From the NCBI RefSeq assembly GCF_000143415.4, contig NW_003314303.1, forward strand, positions 1 through 56,221: a stretch of 56,221 nt of DNA, given 5' to 3'. Origin of the DNA: Selaginella moellendorffii. Taxonomy: Eukaryota; Plantae; Lycopodiophyta. The notes beneath the pieces are model-generated. The model was not told the DNA's origin and ran no database searches. It saw nothing but the letters and a program-made list of their open reading frames with translations. Of this stretch, positions 12,522 through 23,400 are shown one piece after another. Each line of letters starts with the position of its first letter. Within the stretch, counting starts at the first letter, position 1. The position numbers were made by a program, and so were the translations under genes.

Positions 12522-13116
12522 TGTAAGCAACCAAAGGGAATGACTCGAGAGACGATCCGTTAGGGTTCAAATATAGAGGGAAAGGGCCCATGAATAAGAG
12601 TGCACCCCCTTTTCCAATCGGTTAAGGGTCTTGGGATATTTGGAGTTAAGCGTCCTTGGGTTTGAATAATACTGGGCTGGGTGACCTCCCGGGAAGTCTA
12701 AACTTAGGAGCTTACATTTGGTATCAGAGGGGTCTCGGGTCCGACTCTGTTGGTTGGCTAGGGGAATCGCACCACATGTTGATTGACATCTGGCTGGTCC
12801 AGTTTGCTCCCGCTGGGCTCGACCCGAGGGGTAGGGTGTCAAGAGAGCGGGGCTCTCGGGAGAGCTGCGGCTCTCAGCTTCCGTTCACGAGGGCGTGAAC
12901 TTGCAGGGAAGCGTGGTGGATTGTAAGCAACCAAAGGGAACGACTCGAGAGACGATCCGTTAGGGTTCAAATATAGAGGGAAAGGGCCCATGAATAAGAG
13001 TGCACCCCCTTTTCCAATCGGTTAAGGGTCTTGGGATATTTGGAGTTAAGCGTCCTTGGGTTTGAATAGTACTGGGCTGGGTGACCTCCCGGGAAGTCCA
13101 AACTCAGGCGTTTACA
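12522..13116 (+). mobile_element. Cassandra-type TRIM (595 bp) with a 5S rRNA-derived segment in each LTR
   Basis: 195-bp LTRs at 12522-12716 and 12922-13116 (6 differences by eye). TSD CCTAT. iMet PBS TGGTATCAGAG at 12719. ~205-bp non-coding interior ending in a purine-rich tract. Confidence 0.93.
12644..12698 (+). promoter_or_regulatory. 5S rRNA-like Pol III type-1 internal promoter (A-box, IE, C-box) in the Cassandra 5' LTR; second copy at 13044-13099
   Basis: AGTTAAGCGTcCTTGGGtttGAaTArTACTgGGcTGGGTGACCTCCcGGGAAGTC matches the central part of plant 5S rRNA (AGTTAAGCGTGCTTGGGCGAGAGTAGTACTAGGATGGGTGACCTCCTGGGAAGTCC). Confidence 0.9.
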
Positions 13117-16100
13117 CCTATAGCCAAGTCTTTCCTACTAATGATCATGAGTCTCATAAAAGCTAACTTCAATGCTAAAGAAGAAATCATGATGCAACCC
13201 ACAATATTTTCCTCAACACATCCATAAGCTAAACTTCATAATGCCAAAGCTAATGAAGAGCATTTCTGCATCAATCCAAAAACTAAGTATAACGAAGTTA
13301 TGCTCAACAAGTGATCATCTAATCGAACCTCCATGAATCCATCAATAACATGACGTAATTCACATCGTAACAAACACAAGGGGAATCATCAATGATTGAT
13401 ATATTTCAACTAAAATCCCATAAGGATTCAAAATATTCCAACATCGATCACTAACTCTCCCACTTGTAGAGTTAGCATAGTCCACGACTGAATCACTTTT
13501 CAAGGACAAGCTTAAAGCTCAACCCTTACTAAACAAACTCATTGAGAACACAACTAACTCAACTTGCCACTCAGTTCATTTGAACGTCAACACAGTTGCT
13601 AACTAGCAAATACATGAATGCCAACAACACAAAGCTAAAGCCAAATCATCAACACTTTTCATCAAGACTAATGAAACTCAATATCAATCCTAAGGAAAGA
13701 CATTTCATTTCACTCAAGTCTCAATATCAACAATATCAATGACAAGGCATCACTTCAATGCCATCAACACCAGAACAAAGCTAGAAGAAAGCAAGAGTGA
13801 ATCACCACTCGGAGCTTTCCAGCAACCAAGCTAACCAAAGTCGAAGATACTATACTTAGTATCCGAGACCAATCCTTTAGCAAAACTCAGTGACAGATAA
13901 CATATCATCAAGGAGTGAATCACCATATCCAAGACTCAATGAAATCCAACACTATAGACCAAACGTAACCAAATGATATCGATAAAGGAATTGATATGCC
14001 AACATGGAAAAACCCATGCCAGCCTAATGACACGATCCTCCGCAACACCATCTAGTAAAGCAAGCCCATCACCGCTAAATCATCATCGAGCAAAGCAAGT
14101 GTCAAAAGTCCTTGACGAAGTCTACAAGTAATCACTGGTCGCAAAGCAACTAACAATCACTCCTCAACTTGCCTTCACAAGACCCAAACACCAATTCTTG
14201 TCATCAAGTTATATACTTGCCCAATATGAACATGATACCCCAGGTACGAGATAAAAGTTCATAGACAAGCACAAACTAAATGACCACTCAAATCCAACTC
14301 AACCGCAATAAGCTCACTAAAACATTTAACCACTAGCTCTGAGCATGCCTTTGAAGAGGCTAGCTATACAATCAACACTCAGTCGAAACTAAAGTGAAGA
14401 CCATAAGATGGACTCATATCGGTACACAACCTCCTTATAGACAAAGCTATAGTATGGGTACCAACATCTCAACCTCAAACAACTAAGTTGGACATCACCA
14501 TCCTCAGCCAAGGTGCAGGGCTACCAAGACTAAGTTAAGATCAGTGAGAGCTCACTACTCTCATAGAGTCTTAGCGAAATGCAAGGTGCAACCTACCACC
14601 GAGCATAATGCTACAAAAGAAAAGCACAAGGGTCACCTTTCTTAGAAAAGCGCAACGGCCACTTTTCTACACCAACTCCAGACTCTATCCAACTCAATTG
14701 CCTTAGCCCCAAAAGTCAGCATCCCTTTTGGGTTGCATCATATAAACTACCTACCAAGGTCTAAGTTAACCGAAGTCAACTCCAACCCCTTCACTAGTTT
14801 GTATTGGCCTTCGAAAATGAAATGGTTTTCGGACAAAATGATCAATAGATCAGCCATTGGAAAAGTCTAAGAAAATTTGTGGAAAATTTCCCATCCTAGA
14901 GAAAGAATGATTCTCAATCCAGGATTGCAAACTTTTCAAGACTCAACCAACTTCCTCCTACTAACAACTTCACATAGGTTCACCTCAACACAAATTCTCA
15001 TGACCCATAGTATGCTTAAGCCTCGAACATCTCTGCCCATCTAACTGATATCCAACACCGACATCCGCAAAATGCAAAGTGAACACCCAAGGCTTGATCA
15101 TGAAGACCACATCTTCGGATATCCATATTGCATTAACACTCTTCTTCAATCACCTTCAAGATTCAATGTGAAGTCAAAACACTAACAAGAAAAATGACAT
15201 GAAAAATCAAGGTCTAAGGAAAATTCCTCATCACTCGAAATAACAATGCCACTTCCACTAACACCAATGCTAGCAATGTCAATGCCTCAACTACACACCT
15301 TCTCCATCCAACAATCTACTCCAAGTGCTAACGGATCAACCGACAAGTCATAGCAAGTGAATGCTATAACCCTTTTCCAACACCAATGGGCAAACTCAAG
15401 GAAACAACTTATGGAACTACCGGAACCATCGATAGGCTTACATTAATCCTGCCAACTCAAAGTATAACTTCGAGTTGCTAATGTGCCTCACTCACGAACC
15501 CAAGCGTAAACTCTTGCTACTGGAACAACTCAATCCTTCTTATGAGCCCAAGAGCAAGCTCACATACTATGGTACAAAAGGTAACCAAATCCATACCCAA
15601 GGAACGATTGTGAAGCCTTTGCACCCAAACGTGTACCCACTCGGACCATCGTTTTCATCTCTGCGTATGCAACAAGACTAGTTGCCCAATCTCATTGAAT
15701 AGTACTCGCTGAGACTCATACCTCTGATACCAAATGTAGCGCACGTGGTTTTGACCCTTTATCCTATGGTGATTTACCATAGGATAACACCACGAAGCGG
15801 AACCTAAACCCTCTTTGTGCCACGTGATAGATGCCACGTGTCCATGCCACGTGTCACATGCCACGTGTCCATAGGAACCCGAGGTTCAGGGCCTTGGGCC
15901 ACTGAATGAAGGAACAGTGCCAAACTCCCAAGTGTGAAGCTAAAGAGTGGTGGAACTGAACCACGGAGCAACTCCCGAGCATAAAGCCCAAGGAGCAAAG
16001 GGACAGGAGCTCGGAACAACTTGGAACAGTCCTAGAGTAACCAGCATCCCAATGCCAGGACCAGCACGCAAAACGGAGCCAAGTGGAGTCTGACGCTATT

Positions 16101-18741
16101 TCGGCATACCGGTGGCCTAACGTGAGGATATGGGTACTCCACCAGCTAGCATGGAATGGAACTTGGGCTTAGACCCAAGCCGGATGCAGAACAAGGACAG
16201 GCACGCAAGCGGGAGCTAGACTATGCCTCAGGTTGGTCGGCCATGCCCGACCTACCCACTATCCCTACTATACATTTGGAAACCCCCCCCCCCCCCCCCG
16301 TGAGGAACACACGCTTTGGGCTTTCACCCCAAGCCTCCCTTAGTATCAGGAGTTAGTCTCTGGGACAAGTTCAAAACTTACCAAATATGGAATGTCCTTA
16401 GATTGCGAATTTGGACACGGGACGAACACCATTGTGTTCAGACCAACCTCTACATTCCGTAGATATGCCAAATGAGCAAATCTGGACACTTTCCATAAAT
16501 AGCATTTGGGACCGAAATGAGACTAACACAAAGGGCATGATAGCGAGGGTGTTTGGCAGACACGGTAAGCTATCATTCAGCGATATTGAGGGACCAATCT
16601 CAATACGCGAGGGTTCTTGTCACTAGCCAGTGCAAGACATAACGAGACGGGAACTCCTTACCGGGCTAAGTATGCTTAGCTAATAACATGTAGGAATTCC
16701 GTCCTTATGCTCGTCCGGTCTAAGTACACTTGAAATGCCCAGTTAACTCCACTAGCACAAGAGGGACTGATAAAGGGTCCAGCAATACCGACCTCCTGCC
16801 GTCGTGGCAGTAAGGTAAGAGTGTCTGTAAAGACTGGTCGACAGGTAACTTTCGATACCCAAAGTCACATTCGTGACATTTATGAACAAAAATGCACCAT
16901 TTTTTCCAATTGGTTAAGGGTTATTAGGTGGTTAATCAATCATTGCTCCACCAGAAATGTCGCCATAGTTTTATATTATATTGTTTAAGCCATGATTTTA
17001 CATTAAGCCAAATGAAGCATATGTCAAGATAATGTGTAGCAAAGTGTATATCATGCTAGTAATCATTAATGAAGTTCCTTTGCCACTATTGCCAAAGCAC
17101 AAGAGTAACAACATCACTATTGCTATATAGGCTTTGGAGGATGTGCATGATAATGACAAAAATGGCACATTAAGGTCTTACCTAATACATACTATATAAA
17201 TGTATAGTTCTTTGGATAGTAAAAAATGGAGAAGACAAGGTTTATAACTAAATTGTTTTTGAGCATTTTAAATAGGCAACCTTGCCATAGTGCAGTAAGA
17301 ATATGTAGAATGTAAATTACAAGATGTTGTTAAAAAGTAGCAAGTAGTTGCAACCTTGAGATGACATTTATTTCTAAGACCATCTTCGAGGGGACAATCA
17401 CAAAAACTTACTATGGCACTAGATTGTGAATTTAGATGTGGGAATAACATTAAGACAATCTCTAGATTCTGTAAATATACTTATTAGCAAATGTAGACAC
17501 TTTCCATAAACAATTAATGGGATTAAATGGGATTAACACATGAGACATAATAGTGAGGGTGTTTAATGGATACAATAAATTATCTATAAGTGATTAAATT
17601 TTTCATTTTACTTTAATCACTTAACCACAGCCTTAACCATTTGGAGGAGTCTCACTCACAACCTTTATAAGTCTTTATCTTTACTTGGGGTATTTCCTAT
17701 CTCCCATATGTGATCTCAAAACCATACGACTTTTGTAGGGTAAAATTGATGAAGAGGTAAATATTTTATCTTGTATATCATTCCATGCAGAGCAAAAGAA
17801 AAAAGCTTAGGCGAAATGGAGTTATGCCTAAGTTTAGGCATTTGTTAGGAATCCCTCAATTCTTGCCACATTCCTGATTCTCACCGGATTTCTGACCTGC
17901 AAACCATATTCTTGACTCTCAAGACACTTCCCTCTGATTTCCTTTCCCTATCATTGCCATCATTAATCCTATCACTTATCATCTTGCACTTCCCTCCTCA
18001 TATCAAATTCCTTTCTCCTTGAGCCTTATATTCCTAGTCCTATTCCAAATCGGGTCATTCTTCCGCCTCCACCAGTGCAACTCGAGGATGGGTCTAAGTA
18101 CGAGCTTTAGGACATCCTTGATTCCAAGATCTCACGGTCTAAACTCTACTATCTGGTAGACTGGAAGGGTTACAGACCCTAAGGAACACACTTGGGGAAC
18201 TTGTGGACAACTTGATTCATTCTCTTGACCTTGTTTAGGACTTCCACCGCTGCTATCCTTCTCGTCTCAGTTCTCATTCTTTTTATTCTCCATCTCCCGT
18301 CCCTCAACGCCCATCTCATCCTCCTCTTCGTTCTTATTCACATCCTCGTTCCATTTGTTCTTGAGGAGGGGGTGCTATCAGGAATCCCCTAATTCTTGCC
18401 ACATTCCTAACTTTCGCTGGATTCCTGACCCATAGACCACATTCCTGACTCTCGAGACACTTCCCTATTCCTAACTCTCTGATTTCCCGTACAATTCTTG
18501 ATTTTCAAACCATATTCCTGATGATGACGTGGTGCCTCCTCGACCTCAACTATATTTAGGCCATCCTCAATCCAAGAGTGGTGGAGTTTCATCAACCTCT
18601 AGTATATATAGGTTAGCCTTGTTCCATTTCTCCACAATCTAAATCAACGCTAGTTTAAGGCTTTTTCTTCGTCTCCACTAGCTTTTCTCTTTATCTTCTG
18701 CATTTCTCTTTGTCTCTGATCTTGTTGAGGATCTTGACAGT

Positions 18742-18756
18742 TTGATTCAGATTGTG
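18742..18756 (+). promoter_or_regulatory. Self-priming primer-binding site (non-tRNA)
   Basis: TTGATTCAGATTGTG is the reverse complement of LTR sequence CACAATCT(A/G)AATCAA at 18633-18647 (and 23758-23772), ~25 nt downstream of the LTR TATA box. Confidence 0.75.
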
Positions 18757-18833
18757 CTTTTTTCTTTTGCTTTTGCTCATTTTGATTGTTTGATTGCCTT
18801 TGCCTTTTTCCCCCTTTTCTTTCTTCTTTGCCG

Positions 18834-21800
18834 ATGGAGTCTCCAAGCCGTCCTAATTCCTTCAGCGAAGTCCTTACAAAAATCTAGTATGAGAATACCA
18901 AATTGAAGGTAGCCCTTCTTCACATGAAACAGGAGTTTGCTTCACTTTTGGCTCAAGGATCAAGTAGAGTTTCTAAACTGAAGATGAGTTTCCCGGTGAA
19001 GTTCTCAGGAAAGCGTTTGGAGCTTTGCAGATTCCTGAATTAGATGGAGCTAATCTTCACACTTCAACATTGGCAATACCCCACTCCCGAGTCTCAAATC
19101 GACACGATCGGGAAGGTGCAGTTTTGTCATGGTTTTCTCCTCTCATGGAGAAGAGCATGAAAGGGGTCATGGTTTTGGAGCTTATAGATCTTCAGTTGTT
19201 CAAAGAGAAGCTCGAAGCATGTTTTGGGTTGCCACCACAAAGATAAGACGTCTTTCTCAGGGGTCTCGTCTTACCTTGATTTATGTTATGGAGTTCCAAC
19301 TCCTTGCCTTGGACACTTAGTGGGATGAGCTGGCCCTGATTGAACAATTTTGTTTTAGCCTCAACAATTGTGTCAAGGATTTTTTGCTCACCATGGAGGA
19401 TCTCACGAATTTTTCAGACACCATCAACAAAGCTATAATAATTTCTTTGAATATTGTCAGGAAAGTCATTGTGCCGCCGTTTTCCCGTCCAAGACTCAAG
19501 AATCCCAGCTTGAGTCTTTGGGGCATACTCTTGACCTATTGCTTCGGTCCCGATAGATATTTCTGGTACTCCTCGACTCATCAAAGGGAAGCTGAGTCCT
19601 GCTGAGAAGGAACATCAAGTATCTCAGAATCTTTGCCTCTACTGTGTTGATCATAATCACAGAGCAGCTGTGCGTCCCAAGAAGCCTCCCCAACTGCTCA
19701 AGTTCACTCTGCCTCAAAGTCCACCTCTGTTGTAGTTAGGAAATAACCTTGTCTAAACAAAGTAGGAGCTGTCTATTTGGACTCCCCGAATAAAAATCAT
19801 TTTTCTTCCTTATCAAGCTCCTCACCACTTTTCATCAAAGCCACCACCAATTCTTGCAACTTCTGCATCCCATGTCTCTTTTTTTTCACCGGACAATCAG
19901 GACTCAAGGCTTTGGCACTATTGGACTCGGGTGCAACTTCTTGCTTCATGGACATGGACTTTGCTGCCCAACATCACGTTCCTCTTTCTCCTACCATATG
20001 GGATCTAAGGGTTGAAGGCATTGGCAGGGATTTTGTGTCTCCATCTTCTGCACTTAGGGAAACGTTGCTCGTTCCAGTACACATCAGTCCACTGTCACCG
20101 ATATCTCCTTCAACATCATAAACAATAAGTCCTCCTCTATGGTGCTCAACCTTCCTTGGTTCCAACTACACCAGCCTCAGATTTGTTGGAAGGAATTACA
20201 GCTCATCTCTCCCATGTCTTCCCCTGTTGTTCATCGAGTCCAAATTAGGTAAAGTTCCTTAAATTCAAATCAAGGTTCTGTTCCTGACTCTACAAAGTTT
20301 TCACCCTCTTTGCTTTCTATCCCTCAATCTTTTTTTCTCTCTCTTCCATCTTACATTGGATAGTATCCCTGTCCCATCATTCCATTCAGTCATATGCCTC
20401 CTCCTATCTCCACAATCACTATGAAAGAACTCCTTCACGAAGAAAATGTTTTCCGTTTTGCTTTGCATGTTTCTCCTGTTAGTCTTCTTGAGAAGTATCA
20501 TGATTTTGGGGATGTGTTTGACAAGAAAAAAACTAGTGTACTGCCTATTCATTAGCTTTATAACTGTCCCATTGATTTATAGGAAGGAGCATCACCTCCG
20601 TGGGGGCCTATCTACGGGTTATCCCTATCTGAGCTTAAGGCCCTCAAAGAGTACGTGGATAAGAACCTTGCATCGGGGTACATTCAGCATTCGCAGTCCC
20701 CGATTGGAGCACCTGTCTTTATCAAAAAGAAAGATGGGAGTTTGCAGCTAGTCATCAACTACCGAGGTTTGAACAAGGTGACTGTTCAGTACCGTTATCC
20801 GCTACCCCTGATCTTGGACCTGTTGGAATGCCTCGGCAGTGCCTGCTTCTTCACCAAGATTGACCTCCATGGAGCATACAACCTGATCCGGATCCGGCCT
20901 GGTGATGAATGGAAGACTGCGTTCTAAACCCGCTATGGCCACCTCGAGTACACTGTCATGCCGTTTGGCTTGACAAATGCTCCAATAATTTTCCAACACA
21001 TGGCAAACAACATCTTTCGAGAGTTTCTTGATTAGATAATGATCGTCTACCTCGATGACATCCTCATCTACTCAAAAACTCAGGAGGAGCATGACGAGCA
21101 TGTGCACAAGGTTTTGGTGAAGCTGTGGGAATATGGCCTTTATGCGAAGCTTGAGAAATGTTCTTTCGAATAAGAGTTTGTGGAGTTCCTTGGGTACATT
21201 GTCACTCCTAAGGGTATCACGATGGATCCTGCCAAAGTCCAGACAATTCTCGAATGGGAGCTTCCACAATCAATGTCGGACGTTCAGGTTTTCCATGGCT
21301 TCGCTAACTTCTACCGTAAATTCATTGATCACTACTCCGACATTGTTCTTCCTCTCACATATCTCACTCATAAGGATGTTCCCTTCTCTTGGTTTGCTGC
21401 TACCTAGCAAGCCTTCGACACACTCAAGGTAGCCTTTAGTTTTGCTCCTGTCTTGATCCATGCTGATCCCTCACAACCTTTCTTCATCGAGGCGGATGCC
21501 TCCAACTTTGCCATCGGTGTTGTGCTGTCTCAACTTGGAGCAGATCAGAAATTTCATCCGGTCACTTTCCATTCTCAGAAATTCCAGCCTGCAAAGATCA
21601 ATTACAAAATCCACGACAAAGAGCTCCTTGCCATCGTGGATTCCTTTGGAAAGTGGCATCGTTTCTTGGAGGGGGTGAGCCGGATAGATCACAAAAATCT
21701 CAAGTACTTTGCCACTTCCTTAGTTTTGAGCCATTGTCAAGCAAGGTGGGCACAATTCTTGAGTCGGTTTGACTTTGTTATCAAGTACAGACCTGGAAAG

Positions 21801-23400
21801 CTTCAAGGACCCAGGATAACCTAATCCTGTCGATTGAAGGCAAGATTACCAGGCCTGAGACTGAGATAAGAGCGCCTTGAAAAAGCATCAGGAAGGCTAA
21901 TCGGCTTCAAGTTATGGCAATTTCCCTAGTCCCTCAGGACCCCTCCTTGATGGACGTGATAAAAAACAATCTTCAATCCAATGACCTCGCCAGCGACATT
22001 TCCCCCCATCTTCAGGTTGGACACACAATGACTCCCAACTGTCGGCGATTTGACGAGTTCGAGTTCTTAGAAGGCTTGTTGTACTAAGGAGCAGCTTTAT
22101 GTTCATGAAGGTGATACTCGAAGGTTGGTCTTGATGGCGTGCCAGGATAGTCCGACTGCTGGTCACTTCGGCATTACGAAAACCTATGAGTTGGTTGTAT
22201 AGGACTTTTGGTGGCCTCACATAAACGACTACATCAAAGCTTTTGTTACGTTCTATGACACTTGCACCTAGAATAAGGTACCTCGCCACCTTCCTTTAAG
22301 TTTGTTTTGTTCCCTCTTAGTCCCTTCAAGTCCTTGGGAATCCATCTCCATGGATTTCTTGAGTGATCTTCCAAGTTCTAGAGGCTTCAACAACATTTTA
22401 GTCATGGTGGATTGCTTCACAAAGATGGCGCACTTCCTGCCATGTACCAAGGAGTTTTCGAGTGAGGACATGGCAATACTGGTATTCAGGGAGATTTTCC
22501 GACTTCATGGGATTCTTGCAAATGTGGTTTTGGATTGGGGACCTCAGTTCATCTCTCATTTCTGGCAACAGTTCTTGCAGTTGCTTAGAGTGAAGGCCAA
22601 CCTCTCTTCGGTATCATCCTCAAACTAATGGATAGTCCAAACGAACGATTCAGACATTAGAACAATTCTTGAGGTGCTTCATTAACTATCATTAGGATGA
22701 TTGGTTTGATATCCTTCCCCTTGCTGAATTCTCCTATAACAACTCCGTTCACTCCTCCCTTCGAGTCTCCCCCTTCTTTTGCAAACTTTAGTCAAAATCC
22801 CCAATTCAATCTCTCACTTCCTTCTCCATCCGAATCCTCTTGTTCAAATCCCCACTCTGAGGCATTTGTCTCCAACCTCCAAGAAATCCACAACTCCATC
22901 TCCTTCCACCTCCATTGTGCTTAGGAATCTCATAAAACATTCGCCAATGTCCATCATCAGGATTGTCCCCCTTACAATATTAGGGATAAAGTCTGTCTCC
23001 TCAAGCGAAATATCTCCACCACCAGGCCATGTCCCAAACTTGATTTCAAACGCTTAGATCCTTTCCCTATCATTGCCATCATTAATCCTGTCACTTATCG
23101 CCTTGCACTTCCCTCCTCATATCAAATTCATCCCATTTTTCACTCCTTTCTCCTTGAGCCTTATATTCCTAGTTCTATTCCAAATCAGGTCATTTCTCCG
23201 CCTCCACCAGTGCAGCTCGAGGATGGGTCTACGTACGAGGCCTTGATTCCAAGATCTCATGGTCTAAACTCTACTATCTGGTAGACTGGAAGGGTTACAG
23301 ACCCTGAGGAACACACTTGGGGAACTTGTGGACAACCTGATTCATTCTCTTGACCTTGTTCAGGACTTCCACTACTGCTATCCTTCTCGTCCCAGTTCTC
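18834..23400 (+). pseudogene. Disrupted gag-pol (gag, protease, RT, RNase H, integrase, chromodomain)
   Basis: Protease [45 protein letters not shown]. RNase H EADASNFAIG, IHDKELLAI. Integrase PWESISMDF, MVDCFTKMAHF. Chromodomain YYLVDWKGY. Multiple stops and frameshifts. Confidence 0.9.

Larger units (their letters stand above)
9034..16878 (-). mobile_element. LTR retrotransposon with no recognisable intact ORF (LARD-like); LTRs 9034-11082 (interrupted) and 15735-16878
   Basis: TG...CA LTRs. 5-bp TSD TTTAT (9029-9033 and 16879-16883). tRNA-iMet PBS TGGTATCAGAG on the minus strand at 15722-15732. Minus-strand PPT at 11083-11098. Confidence 0.9.

Noticed and set aside
12644-12698. 5S rRNA gene
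   Set aside because: Only the internal ~55 nt are 5S-like and they sit inside LTRs; it is a Cassandra promoter, not an rRNA gene.
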